DNA of 64,000 bases. Source: a virus. Its lineage: Duplodnaviria > Caudoviricetes. Below the pieces are notes generated by a model, which saw nothing but the letters and a program-made list of their open reading frames with translations, was not told the origin of the DNA and did not search any database. Within the stretch, counting starts at the first letter, position 1, and every line of letters begins with the position of its first letter. Location of the stretch: the IMG/VR virus record IMGVR_UViG_3300046694_000619; one strand, 5' to 3'. Below, in pieces: positions 48,959 through 59,447 of this stretch. Both the position numbers and the translations under genes were made by a program.

Positions 48959-50635
48959 ATGCGCACGCAATATCTGATTCTCGTACCGATTACCGTCATG
49001 TTCAGCCTGCTGCTCGACAGCTGGGCCCTGGGCGCGACGCCGCTCATCTGTGCCGTCATCCCTGGCTGCCTGTTGCTGCTCGGACTGCGCGATGCGATGC
49101 AGACCAAGCACAGTGTGCTGCGAAACTACCCAATCATTGGGCACATCCGCTACATCATGGAAGAGATGCGGCCCGCCATTCGGCAGTACCTCGTCGAGGG
49201 CGACCTCGAGGAAACGCCGTTCAGCCGCTCGCAACGCAGCGTCGTCTATCAGCGCGCAAAGAACACTGTCGATTCGCGTACGTTTGGCACTGAGCTGAAC
49301 GTCAACCAGATTGGCCACGAGTTCCTTGCTCACTCGCTGAGCCCAACGACCATCGCTGACCAGGATTCGGACTTCCGCGTCGTGATTGGTGCGAATCGTG
49401 AGAAGCCGTATGCGATGTCGGTCTTTAACATTTCGGCCATGAGCTTCGGCGCGTTGTCGGCCAATGCCATTCGCGCGCTCAATCGAGGCGCGAAGATGGG
49501 TGGATTTGCGCACGACACGGGAGAAGGCTCCCTCTCGAAGCATCACATTCAGGAGGGTGGAGATACGATTTGGGAAATCGCCTCCGGCTACTTCGGCTGT
49601 CGCACGGCTGAGGGTCGGTTTGACCCGGAAGCGTTCCAGCGGCTCGCGACGCTCGACCAGGTTAAAATGATTGAAATCAAGCTGTCGCAAGGCGCGAAGC
49701 CTGGCCACGGCGGTGTGTTGCCGGCGGCGAAGATTACGCCTGAGATTGCTGAGACGCGTGGCATCCCGATGGGCAAGGATTGCATTTCGCCGTCGGCACA
49801 CCCTGAATTTTCGACGCCTGTCGAAGCGCTTCGCTTCCTGCAGCTGCTTCGTACACTGTCCGGCGGCAAGCCCACGGGCGCGAAACTCTGCATTGGCCAG
49901 CCGCACGAGTGGATGGCGTTCCTCAAGGCAATCCTGCTGACGGGTATCTATCCTGACTTCGTCGTTGTGGATGGCGCAGAAGGCGGTACGGGTGCGGCTC
50001 CGGTCGAATTTGCGGACCACGTCGGCATGCCATTGCAGGAAGGTCTGCAACTGGTGCACAACTCCCTCATCGGCGCCGGATTGCGCGACAAGATTAAGGT
50101 TGGCGCGAGCGGAAAAATCGTCACCGCGTTCGATATTGCGCGAGTGATTGCGCTCGGCGCGGATTACGCAAATAGCGGGAGAGCGATGATGATGTCCATC
50201 GGTTGTATACAATCTAACACCTGCAACAGCAATAAATGTCCTACGGGCGTCGCCACGCAAGACCCGAAACGGCAAGAAGCGCTGGTTGTCCCGGATAAGG
50301 CCGAGCGCGTTTATCACTTCCACCGCAACACACTGCACGCGCTCAAGGAGCTGTTGCAAGCCGCCGGGTTGATGAATCCCGCTGACCTGCGCCTGCATCA
50401 CATCATGCGACGTGTGTCGACGTTCCAGGTCGAGCCGCTTTCGAACCTGCTCGAGCATATTGGACCCGGCTCGCTTGTGGATGGCACCTGTCAAAGCCAA
50501 GCCTATACGAACTGGTGGGCCCAGGCGGATGCACATTCGTTCCAGCATCAGAACGCGCGAGCTGTGGTTGGCAAGCGAGTTATCTGGATGCAGCGCATGA
50601 GCGACCTCGAAGCAAAGCCTGCGGCCGTCGAATAA
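48959..50635 (+). CDS. FMN-binding glutamate synthase family protein (stand-alone)
   Basis: SAMSFGALS, TGEG, EIKLSQGAKPGHGG, DGAEGGTGAAP, GCIQ...C....CPTGVATQD. Confidence 0.92.
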   Translation: MRTQYLILVPITVMFSLLLDSWALGATPLICAVIPGCLLLLGLRDAMQTKHSVLRNYPIIGHIRYIMEEMRPAIRQYLVEGDLEETPFSRSQRSVVYQRAKNTVDSRTFGTELNVNQIGHEFLAHSLSPTTIADQDSDFRVVIGANREKPYAMSVFNISAMSFGALSANAIRALNRGAKMGGFAHDTGEGSLSKHHIQEGGDTIWEIASGYFGCRTAEGRFDPEAFQRLATLDQVKMIEIKLSQGAKPGHGGVLPAAKITPEIAETRGIPMGKDCISPSAHPEFSTPVEALRFLQLLRTLSGGKPTGAKLCIGQPHEWMAFLKAILLTGIYPDFVVVDGAEGGTGAAPVEFADHVGMPLQEGLQLVHNSLIGAGLRDKIKVGASGKIVTAFDIARVIALGADYANSGRAMMMSIGCIQSNTCNSNKCPTGVATQDPKRQEALVVPDKAERVYHFHRNTLHALKELLQAAGLMNPADLRLHHIMRRVSTFQVEPLSNLLEHIGPGSLVDGTCQSQAYTNWWAQADAHSFQHQNARAVVGKRVIWMQRMSDLEAKPAAVE

Positions 50636-50687
50636 CCCCTGAGCCGGGCATACGTCCGGCTCGCTTACCCAATGGGAGCAATACTCA

Positions 50688-50993
50688 ATGATTGACATCA
50701 ATAACTCCGCCGAGCTTCAGGAAAAACTCCTCGCGGCCGACGTAGCACTCATCGACTTCTGGGCGCCGTGGTGCGGCCCGTGCAAGCAGATGATGCCGGC
50801 GCTGGAGTCCCTCCAGGCGAACAACCCGTCTCTCGTCATCGGCAAGGTCAACTGCGACGAGGCCCAGGAGCTCGCGAAGTCGTTCGGCGTGCGCGCCATC
50901 CCGACGCTGGTGCTGCTCAAGAAGGGCCATGTCGCCGGCACGCACGTAGGCGCCCAGTCGCTCGACGCCCTGAACAAGCTTATCAACGGATAA
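50688..50993 (+). CDS. trxA: Thioredoxin
   Basis: DFWAPWCGPCK, IPTL. Confidence 0.93.
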   Translation: MIDINNSAELQEKLLAADVALIDFWAPWCGPCKQMMPALESLQANNPSLVIGKVNCDEAQELAKSFGVRAIPTLVLLKKGHVAGTHVGAQSLDALNKLING

Positions 50994-50998
50994 CCAGC

Positions 50999-51313
50999 AT
51001 GTTGAAGGTCGAGACACCTGCGCAGCTGAAAAGCCAGGTGCTGTCAGCGAACAAGGCGCTTCTGTTTTTCACGACGCCCGATTGCCCCGACTCGGCTTTC
51101 GTCAAGGAGCGCCTCGATATGGTGAAGGGGCGCAATGGAAGTCTCACTATCGCGAGCGCCGATATGACCCGCGTGCCGGCGCTTGCCCGTGCGCTGAATG
51201 TCACCGAGGCGCCCACGGTTGTGCTCTTCCGGTGGGGCAAACGTATTTCTCATCTGACCGGAAAAGTGAGTGCCCGGGAAATCCAGAATCTGGTCGACAG
51301 CGTGTTCTGGTAG
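50999..51313 (+). CDS. Thioredoxin-like protein with CxxS motif
   Basis: FTTPDCPDS; APTVVLF cis-Pro loop. Confidence 0.75.
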   Translation: MLKVETPAQLKSQVLSANKALLFFTTPDCPDSAFVKERLDMVKGRNGSLTIASADMTRVPALARALNVTEAPTVVLFRWGKRISHLTGKVSAREIQNLVDSVFW

Positions 51314-51498
51314 AACAGACCGTTAGAGTCACATAATCGGTTGAAAGCGGTACTCCGATTCATCAAACTAGCCCCTATCGGTCATCGACTTATAGGGGCT
51401 TTTCCATGCCCGGACTTGAGCGCCACAGACCGGCTGCTTACGGTAGAATTTTGGTCAGCTATGCCGTCTAGTGGTCCGTTCACGCCCAAGGTTTCCAA

Positions 51499-53034
51499 AT
51501 GGCTAAAAAGTCGACGCCAACCCCGCCGCCAACCGATAATCCCATCGACGTATCCAACCTGTTAGCGGGTAGGCCCAGGAATGAGCTTTTGTCGGAAGTC
51601 CTTGCCGCTGAGGAGGCGGGTGACGTCGACCTGGCGGCCAAGCACGCAATATCGGCGCTAGCCAGCAAGATGCCTCGCGAAATGGTCGACGTGCTGTTGA
51701 GCATTGTTCATGACATGGCGGTCATCGAGAGCCACTTTTCGCCAGCCGTCAAATCGCTCCTTTGCAAGGCCGCAGATAAGGGCTACCACCTCTATGCCTA
51801 TGCCGCCGCAAATAGCGTCAGGGACGACGCCAAAAACGTTCGGGACTATCGCCGGGCCGAGCGCTACTACAAACTCGCGATGAGCTGTACCGAGGAGCCG
51901 GCGAGGCAGGCGGCGGCGCATGTCAACTACGGCCGTATGGTGCGGGAGGGCCGGGTATCCGATAAACCGGATTTGCCTGCCGCAATTGAAATTTTCGAAG
52001 TTGCTGGCCGGATGGGACTGGTTAAAGGCATGTTCCATGCGGGTGATACGAGTTCCACTCTCGCCCAGGACGGTGACCGGGCGTATGGCGCCCGCGCAGC
52101 CTACTGGTTCAACAAGGCGCTGGAAACAAGGGCCAGCGGCGTCCCAATATTGGACTATGAAAACGACGCGGAACTGGAACGTCAAGTTTACGAAAGCTGC
52201 GTGTTTGAACTGTCTGCCCTGAACATTGATTCATTATTTGACGGAGCCGATGTTGAGGAAGGAATCCGGTGGGCGCGACAACTGGCCGATAGGGGCAGCG
52301 CGCGTGCTCGCCGCAATCTGCAGATTGCTTATGAACGGCACCTGACCGATATGACCACAAAGCCTGCCAAATCTCCGGGCGGGAACTGGAAATCGGTGCT
52401 AGCCCAGATGGATTGGTCGTTCAAGGGAAAACTGCGGACCATTACCGTCCCGGTCGTGCTCAGTGACTCAGATGAAGAGGAGTCGATGCAGGTCGATGTT
52501 CTGACGGTAAACCTGCACAAGGGTAAGCAGATTGATTTGTTCGTTGTGCACGACCCATGTTTGCCTGCGCAAGGCGGATTCGAGTTGCTGTCCACAGTTG
52601 CGCAGGTACTCTCCAAAATCCATCCGGGAGACTTTTTTCTGCTCAGCCGCAAGGCGCTTTTTATAGAGCAGGACGACATGGCGTACACACCTATCTACGT
52701 CAGACACAACGGTCGTGTTCGGCCACAGGCGCTTTGGCTAGGATGCTCGCCAGCCGAAGTGCTTCAACGCGCAAAAGATGGCGTGGAGTTCCTGGACCCA
52801 CGCTTCGGCAATGAAAATTGCATCCTCCCGATTGCCGTAAACACGTTGGACGAAGGCTACGTGGTAGCAACCGATGCCCGACTGGACCTGCCATGGGTCG
52901 GAGTCGGAGAGCCTTGGTGTATGCCGTTCCTGGACCGGAACCAGCTGGCCGGGCTTGGCATCATTTTTGAGGGTGGGCGAGTCCTCATGCTCTCGCAGGA
53001 CGATTGGGAGCGCAAGGTGCGGTGGCCGGAATAG
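51499..53034 (+). CDS. Sel1/TPR-like repeat protein
   Basis: A..YY..A, A..WF.KA, G..W...A..G Sel1-like repeats. Confidence 0.6.
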   Translation: MAKKSTPTPPPTDNPIDVSNLLAGRPRNELLSEVLAAEEAGDVDLAAKHAISALASKMPREMVDVLLSIVHDMAVIESHFSPAVKSLLCKAADKGYHLYAYAAANSVRDDAKNVRDYRRAERYYKLAMSCTEEPARQAAAHVNYGRMVREGRVSDKPDLPAAIEIFEVAGRMGLVKGMFHAGDTSSTLAQDGDRAYGARAAYWFNKALETRASGVPILDYENDAELERQVYESCVFELSALNIDSLFDGADVEEGIRWARQLADRGSARARRNLQIAYERHLTDMTTKPAKSPGGNWKSVLAQMDWSFKGKLRTITVPVVLSDSDEEESMQVDVLTVNLHKGKQIDLFVVHDPCLPAQGGFELLSTVAQVLSKIHPGDFFLLSRKALFIEQDDMAYTPIYVRHNGRVRPQALWLGCSPAEVLQRAKDGVEFLDPRFGNENCILPIAVNTLDEGYVVATDARLDLPWVGVGEPWCMPFLDRNQLAGLGIIFEGGRVLMLSQDDWERKVRWPE

Positions 53035-53112
53035 TAGGGCGGTCGTACGGGCCAACGAGCCGTAAAAAAGACTCCCGGGTTTCCAGGAGTCTGAAAGGCC
53101 TCGAACGGGAAA

Positions 53113-55617
53113 TCACTGCTGCCAGGTAACGCTCACCAGGCCATTCAAGCCCTGACCGTTGATGCCGCCCGCACCGGCAGAACCACGCAGCGAAGAACCG
53201 GCGTTGCCCGGCGTGGTGCCCGAGCCGCCGAGCAACGCTGCGCCTGTAGCGCCCGCCTCAATGTAGCCGGAGCCACCACCACCACCCGCGCCGCCCGAGC
53301 AGCCACCGCCGGTACCACCTGAGCCACCGCCGAAATAGCCGCCACCGCCGCCGCCGGATGCGCCGTTGCCAGAAAAGCCATAGCCAGAAATGCCGCCGCC
53401 ACCGTAGTTAAAGCCGGACATGCTGGACGCGGGCCCGCCGTGAAGCGAAGAGCCAGGTTGTCCGCCGCCACCACCTCCGGTCATGGAGCCGCCTGTGCCC
53501 CCGGCGCTTTGATTGCCGCCACCACCACCGCCCGAATTTGTAGGCGCGGTGGACGACGCGCCGCCGCCTGCAACACCAGTAGCGCCACCACCTGCACCGC
53601 CCGCGCCACCGACACCGCCCGCGGGACTAACCGAATACGTCGGGCAGACGGCGGTGCCGCCACCGCTGCCACCCGCACCGCCTCCACCGCCCGCGGCCAT
53701 CGCCAACGTGCCGTTGATATACGCAAATGAACCGCCGCCGCCGGTGCCGCCTTGGTACGTCGAGGCGCTTGTCGTGCACTGACTGGAGCCATATTCGCAA
53801 GTACCGTTGCTGGTGCCGCCTTGGCCCACGCGCACGAGAAGCGTGGCGCTGACGGGCACGGGGATAGTCGCTCCTGCATAACCACCGCCACCGCCTTGGC
53901 CCGAGTATCCGCCGCCACCGGCACCCCACATGGCAATGCTGGCGTGGCCGCACGCAGCTGGCGCCGTTACCGAGTAATCCGAAAGCTGCGTGACGGTAAC
54001 CGTGCCACCCGGGCAGGCCGGCGTCCCTGTCAGCGCGACCGGAACGCTCGTGTCCTGCGAACTGACCATCAGGTTTCCCGACAGCGCCGTCGACGTTCTC
54101 GGCGCGTAGGTCAGGGTCGCCGTGCAGCTTGTCCCTGCAGCTAGTGCCTGTCCGCAGGTATCAGTCTCGGTTACACCAGTCGGCAAGGAGAACGACAACT
54201 TCGTTGTCGCGATATTGCCGTTGTTCGTGAGTGTTACTGTCTTGACCAGGCTGCTTGCAGTGCTGACGCTACCGAAGTCCACGGCCGTCGGCGACGCGAC
54301 CAACTTCGTACCTTGACCTGTGCCGGACAGGTTGACAGTCGTGTCGCCGGAGCTCGCCGATACCTTGACGGTGCCCGTGGCCGCGCCGATTGCGGTTGGC
54401 GTGAAAGTGACGCTGACCGTACAGTTCGCGTTCGCCGCGAGCGAAGAGCCGCAGGTGTTCGTCACACTGAACGGACCGGTACCCGTGATGCCAGTCACGC
54501 CGAGGGGTTTGTCCCCTGTGTTGGTGAGCGTGAGCGTCTTCGCGCTCGACGGTGTGCTTACGGCCTGGTTATCGAAGCTCAGTGCCGTTGCCGACAGCGT
54601 TCCGTATCCGAGCTTGGCCACGAAGAGCTGGTATGCCTGCTGACCAGTCTTTGCCTTGTATGCGGCCTGAATCGTGAATGTGCTAGTGCTGCCCGCCGGC
54701 GGCGTTCCCGCGATGACCCCGTCAGAAGTAAGGCTCAGGCCGACTGGAAGGCTGCCGCCGACCACGCTCCAGGTAACCCCCGCGCCGGTGTAGGCAGCGT
54801 CACCTGAGACAGAAAGACGGGGCTTGAGGTCGTAGCTGTAGGCCGATGACTGGGTGGCGTCGGGCAGTGCCGCGCTAGCCAGCGTGACAGTAATCGCCCC
54901 CACCGCGACCTGGTAGGCCTGCTGACCCGAGCGGGTTTTGTATGCGGCCTGAACCGTAAAGGGCGTTCCGGCGTTTTCTGCCGTCGGGATTCCGGCGATG
55001 ACGCCATTGGCTCCGAGGCTCAGTCCGGCCGGCAGCGCTCCGCTGACGACACTCCAGGTGACGCCCGTGCCTGTGTAAGCCGAATCGCCTGACACAGCGA
55101 GGGAGGGCGTGAGGTCATAGCTGTATGGCGCACCTTGGGTCCCGTCCGGCAGGCCTGAAGCAGCCAGGGAGACGACCAGGTTGTTGATGGTGACGGAGTA
55201 GCTCTGCTCACCGGCCTTGGTCTTGTAGCTCGCCAGCAGCTGAAAGTTCGAGTTGGCCGGGGCTGCCGGCGTACCGGAGAGCTTGCCGTCCGTGCTGAGT
55301 GTCAAGCCAGCGGGCAATGCGCCGCTCGCTACGGACCAGCGCACATTGCTTGCGCTAAATTGCGGGTCACCTTTGACCTGCAGCACCGAGTTGAAGTCGA
55401 AGCCCGCGTACGCCTCCCCAACCAAACCCTGAGGCAGGCTGTACGCACTGAGCGAAACCAGAATGTTGCCAGCCGTTGCGGTCCGATTCGGCACCGGGAC
55501 AACCACGTAATAGTTCGTGGCGAACGACGAGGCCGAGGCTACCAGCAGCGAGGCTGCGAGGAGCTGCTTCAAGCGGGTCAGCCGGAATGGCGAGTGCGAG
55601 GAGGTCGATTGGTCCAT
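53113..55617 (-). CDS. Secreted Ig-repeat, ASH-like and Gly-rich protein (paralogue 5)
   Basis: TNYYVVVPVPNRT; three repeats; WGAGGGG Gly-rich tail. Confidence 0.8.
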   Translation of the reverse strand: MDQSTSSHSPFRLTRLKQLLAASLLVASASSFATNYYVVVPVPNRTATAGNILVSLSAYSLPQGLVGEAYAGFDFNSVLQVKGDPQFSASNVRWSVASGALPAGLTLSTDGKLSGTPAAPANSNFQLLASYKTKAGEQSYSVTINNLVVSLAASGLPDGTQGAPYSYDLTPSLAVSGDSAYTGTGVTWSVVSGALPAGLSLGANGVIAGIPTAENAGTPFTVQAAYKTRSGQQAYQVAVGAITVTLASAALPDATQSSAYSYDLKPRLSVSGDAAYTGAGVTWSVVGGSLPVGLSLTSDGVIAGTPPAGSTSTFTIQAAYKAKTGQQAYQLFVAKLGYGTLSATALSFDNQAVSTPSSAKTLTLTNTGDKPLGVTGITGTGPFSVTNTCGSSLAANANCTVSVTFTPTAIGAATGTVKVSASSGDTTVNLSGTGQGTKLVASPTAVDFGSVSTASSLVKTVTLTNNGNIATTKLSFSLPTGVTETDTCGQALAAGTSCTATLTYAPRTSTALSGNLMVSSQDTSVPVALTGTPACPGGTVTVTQLSDYSVTAPAACGHASIAMWGAGGGGYSGQGGGGGYAGATIPVPVSATLLVRVGQGGTSNGTCEYGSSQCTTSASTYQGGTGGGGSFAYINGTLAMAAGGGGGAGGSGGGTAVCPTYSVSPAGGVGGAGGAGGGATGVAGGGASSTAPTNSGGGGGGNQSAGGTGGSMTGGGGGGQPGSSLHGGPASSMSGFNYGGGGISGYGFSGNGASGGGGGGYFGGGSGGTGGGCSGGAGGGGGSGYIEAGATGAALLGGSGTTPGNAGSSLRGSAGAGGINGQGLNGLVSVTWQQ

Positions 55618-55708
55618 TTGTCAAGGCAAATCAGAGGTTTCGTAGTATAGGAGTCACTATCTGCCGGCCTATACCAGAATGAGTCAAACTTAATTTCTGG
55701 AGGGTCAT

Positions 55709-56032
55709 ATGAACATCATTCGCACAATTCTTTTCATCGTCCTTCTCTCGCTGGGGCTGTCAGCCAAGGCGCAAGTCAAGGAGTACGTGGTCGCACCGGA
55801 TGTACAGGTGCAGTATTTCAACGGCGAAATGCGCTTCTGCGAACGAGCAAACCTGCGCGGCATCACTTGTGGCTCCGAGCGGAAGATTTTCGGCAAGCAC
55901 TTTTTCGCCGCACGGGACTGGTGGAAGCCGGAGACATACGTCCAGGCCGTCACCGGTCTGAACGAATTTACGCTGTGGAGCGCCGAGCCCACGCCCGATG
56001 GCCGCGGCATCGTCATCTATTACAGCCGCTGA
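55709..56032 (+). CDS. Secreted hypothetical protein
   Basis: GGAGG RBS, signal peptide; terminator at 56063-56092. Confidence 0.65.
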   Translation: MNIIRTILFIVLLSLGLSAKAQVKEYVVAPDVQVQYFNGEMRFCERANLRGITCGSERKIFGKHFFAARDWWKPETYVQAVTGLNEFTLWSAEPTPDGRGIVIYYSR

Positions 56033-56228
56033 CACACCAAGTTCGACACTGACGTTTCTCTCAAAGCCACGGCAATTGCTGTGGCTTTTCTTTTTCCGCT
56101 CGGCCATTCACACGACGCTCAGCCGCCGTATATCATCCAACACGTATTCGGTCAAGTCGCGTTCCTATACTCAAGACCTTTGAGCCACCCTTCCCGGTGG
56201 CGTACGAATTCACGAGTAGCAGGTACGC

Positions 56229-58064
56229 ATGGACCTCATTTCAAAACTGCTGGATAGCCAGGAGGCGTCGGCCGCAGCCTTCGGGTTTCTGGCCTACGCC
56301 TTGTTTATTGTGTGGCGCCGCGCGTCGGCGCGCTGGGTGAACTGGTTCCCGCCACTCGCCAAGATTGCTCGCCTCGCGCTCTATGCCTGCGCGCTCGTCG
56401 TCGGCTTCATCGGCTTTCGCGTACTCACCAACGCGGATGCGTCGCCTTACACCTGGCTGCTCGTCGTTGGTGGTGGCTGTACGGGTCCCGTGCTGAACCG
56501 CGTGTCCCGCTTCCTGCGCCCGAAAGAAAAGATTCGCCGCGGCGCGCGCGTGGGCACGCCCGCTGACGTCAACAAGCAGAGTAGCAAGGAGATGCCGTCC
56601 AGCGACTTCAAGGACAGCTTCGAGATGGGCGGCGTGAAAATCCCGCGCTCGGCCGAACCGTATCACTTCTTCGTGGTCGGCTCGACGGGTACGGGTAAGT
56701 CGGTGGCCATCACCAACCTCATGGACGAAATCGAAGCGCGCGGCGACATCGCGCTCGTCGTCGACTCGGGTGGTGAGTTTTCTTCGCGCTACTTCAAGCC
56801 GGGCCGCGACCACATCCTGAATCCGTTCGACGACCGTTGCGCACCCTGGTCGCCTACTGCAGAGCTTGCGGGCCCTTGGGACGCTGAAGCGCTCGCCAAG
56901 TCGATGGTGCCGGACGGTGTCGGAGACTCGAAGGAATGGAACGGCTACGCGCAGACGTTCGTGACGTCCGTGTTGCGTCGGCTCATGGCATTGAACCGCC
57001 TCTCCATCAAGGACCTGCTGTACTACGTCCAGGCCGCGCCCATCGAGGAGCTCACGCCATTGCTGGCCGGCACGTCGGCCGCCGCACAACTGGTTTCGGA
57101 CCGGACTTTCGGGTCCATCCGGACGATTGCGACCAACTATCTGTCGACGTACGCGTATCTGTCGGACAACGACAACCCCTTCTCGGTGGCGAAGTTCATC
57201 CGTGCCGAAAAGCCGGGATTCCTGTTCTTCACGTACCGCGACGACCAGCTCGATTCGCTGCGCAACATGATTGCCTGCGCGCTTGACGTAGCGGCGCGGA
57301 CCATCCTTGCGTTGCCTGCCAATAGTGAGCGACGGGTATGGCTCATCATCGACGAGTTCGCCTCAATCGGCAAAGTGCAGAGCATCGAGGCCGTGGCAAC
57401 CAAGGCACGGAAGATGGGTGGTTGCCTGCTGATTGGTCTGCAGTCGGTTTCGCAGTTGCAGGAACGCTACGGCGAGAAGGGCGCGCAAACCATTCTGTCG
57501 TGCTTGAGCTCCTGGCTCGTGCTGCGCTGCTCCGACGCGGAGACATCTGAGTACGTCTCGAGGTACATCGGCGATACGGAAATCTCCCGCATGACCCGCT
57601 CGGAGTCTACTTCCGACACGGGCGGCGGCTCGGACTCACGCAACGAACAGATTCAGACCCAGCGCGCGGTGATGCCGGTGGAGCTGCAAAAACTTGTCAA
57701 CCTGCACGGCTTCTTCAAGCTCGCCGGCGGCTACCCCATCTGCAACGTCAAGCTGAGCTACCCCAAGAAGCGCGAAGCACGCTCCCAGAAATACGCCGAA
57801 CGCGACTTCATCGCGAAGCCGATGCTCGACCTCATTCCGGCTACCACTCCGGCGAGCCCGGCTGGTGGAAGTGAAGGCGCGGGACAGGGCATGCAACCGC
57901 AGGCCCACGCCGAGGACGCGAACACGTCGGTCGCCGACACGCATCCGACCGCTGAAACCGAACAAGCCACCTTGCGGGTCCGCAAGAGCCCGCTCGAAGA
58001 GGGGCCTGCCGCCCTCGAAGAAATTCTGAATGAACTGGCAGAAGCGTTCGAAAACGATTTTTAA
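56229..58064 (+). CDS. Type IV coupling protein (TraD/TrwB family)
   Basis: N-terminal TM helices, GSTGTGKS, LNPFD.R...W, WLIIDEF, GLQS.SQL...YG. Confidence 0.9.
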   Translation: MDLISKLLDSQEASAAAFGFLAYALFIVWRRASARWVNWFPPLAKIARLALYACALVVGFIGFRVLTNADASPYTWLLVVGGGCTGPVLNRVSRFLRPKEKIRRGARVGTPADVNKQSSKEMPSSDFKDSFEMGGVKIPRSAEPYHFFVVGSTGTGKSVAITNLMDEIEARGDIALVVDSGGEFSSRYFKPGRDHILNPFDDRCAPWSPTAELAGPWDAEALAKSMVPDGVGDSKEWNGYAQTFVTSVLRRLMALNRLSIKDLLYYVQAAPIEELTPLLAGTSAAAQLVSDRTFGSIRTIATNYLSTYAYLSDNDNPFSVAKFIRAEKPGFLFFTYRDDQLDSLRNMIACALDVAARTILALPANSERRVWLIIDEFASIGKVQSIEAVATKARKMGGCLLIGLQSVSQLQERYGEKGAQTILSCLSSWLVLRCSDAETSEYVSRYIGDTEISRMTRSESTSDTGGGSDSRNEQIQTQRAVMPVELQKLVNLHGFFKLAGGYPICNVKLSYPKKREARSQKYAERDFIAKPMLDLIPATTPASPAGGSEGAGQGMQPQAHAEDANTSVADTHPTAETEQATLRVRKSPLEEGPAALEEILNELAEAFENDF

Positions 58065-59447
58065 ATGAACTCCTTGCTCATCCCAAATCCGAGCCAGCCC
58101 CACGATACTTACCGGATTCTGGTGGCAGACGATTCCCCGGTCCTCCGGGGCGTTTTCCGGTCCTTCAATACCGGTGAGGTGATTGTGCGCGACGTGGTTA
58201 CAGACCGCCCGGCCCTCATTCGAGCCTTGAAGGATGCGCACGACCTTGACGCCGTGCTGTGTTCCGACCATCTGGCCGGCCGCTACGGCGGCGTCCTCGC
58301 CCTCAATGAGCTTCGCGAGAGCAAGCTGCTGCCACACGAAACCGCCTTCATCATGATGAGCGGTGACGCACGCCGGTCCAACCTGATGGTGGACATCGAG
58401 GCGAAGCCCGACAGCATCCTGCTCAAGCCGTTTGCGCCCGCGACGCTTGTGCGCAAGCTGGCTCAAACGGTGCCGGTGCGTCGCGCGCTGGCCCATGTGC
58501 GCCGGCAGGCCGACGCTCAGAACTGGGGCGACGTCCTGCGCGTGACTAACCGGATGCTGGAGGAGGGCACGGACTTCCCGACGGCTGTGCTATCGCTCAA
58601 ACTGGAGGCGCTGAGCAAGCTCGGGCAGCACGATGTAGTCATGGCCCTGTACGAGACCATCCTGGAGAACTCGCCCAGGTCGGTCGCGCTCCTCGAGCCT
58701 ATCGCGCGCTATGCCTACGACCAAGGCCAGCTGGTGAACGCAGAGAAGACGCTTGTGCGCATGTTGGCGCTGCAGCCGGCAAACTGCTTCGCAGCGGACC
58801 TGCTCGCAGACATCAAGCTCGAGCGCGGCGACTCGGTCGGGGCGCAGCTCCAGCTGCATCAGGCACTGCGGCACTCGCCTAATAGTATTGGGCGCCACCG
58901 TGCGCTCGGTCACATTGCGCTGCTCAACAACGACCTGGTTACGGCACAGCGCGCATATGCGGCCGCGATGCGACTCAATGCGGAAACATTCGGGCTCAGC
59001 GAGGTCGACGTCGCGAACGTTGTACGTGCTCTGTTGCTTAACGGCGACAACCTGCACGCCAATCGAGCCATCCGCGACGCACGGCATGTATTGCGGGAAA
59101 ACCTGGTGCTCGACGTGCTTCAGCAGCTCACCGAGGCTATGCTGTATCGCGAGTTTGACTCCTTCGGCCGGACGCAGCAACGCGTACAGCAAGGCATCGC
59201 GCTCCTGGAGCGCACCATCCTGCCCGACAATGGCGTAATGCTTTTGGCAGCCACGGAAGCGAGCTTGATGGCGTCACTTGCACATCGCGGGTACCAGCTC
59301 AGTTCTGCGTTACTGAACAAGCGTTCGCATGTTAAGTTGCATCCTGCACAAAAAAGATGGGCCGAGAAGCTTCACAAGTGGTCCAGAGATGTGCACAATG
59401 AAGTTCTGCCGGAAGGCATGTTGCAGTATCAGCAGTACATGCAGTAA
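58065..59447 (+). CDS. Atypical receiver domain plus TPR protein
   Basis: ILVADDS...IMMSG...LLKPF, then TPR repeats. Confidence 0.75.
   Translation: MNSLLIPNPSQPHDTYRILVADDSPVLRGVFRSFNTGEVIVRDVVTDRPALIRALKDAHDLDAVLCSDHLAGRYGGVLALNELRESKLLPHETAFIMMSGDARRSNLMVDIEAKPDSILLKPFAPATLVRKLAQTVPVRRALAHVRRQADAQNWGDVLRVTNRMLEEGTDFPTAVLSLKLEALSKLGQHDVVMALYETILENSPRSVALLEPIARYAYDQGQLVNAEKTLVRMLALQPANCFAADLLADIKLERGDSVGAQLQLHQALRHSPNSIGRHRALGHIALLNNDLVTAQRAYAAAMRLNAETFGLSEVDVANVVRALLLNGDNLHANRAIRDARHVLRENLVLDVLQQLTEAMLYREFDSFGRTQQRVQQGIALLERTILPDNGVMLLAATEASLMASLAHRGYQLSSALLNKRSHVKLHPAQKRWAEKLHKWSRDVHNEVLPEGMLQYQQYMQ

Noticed and set aside
42201-50701. Long antisense ORFs (42201..43898, 46427..47866, 48950..50701 and similar)
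   Set aside because: Shadow frames of GC-rich genes with clear family motifs on the opposite strand.
53150-53930. GCC/CCG-rich low-complexity tract as a DNA repeat element
   Set aside because: It encodes the Gly-rich C-terminal domain of paralogue 5.
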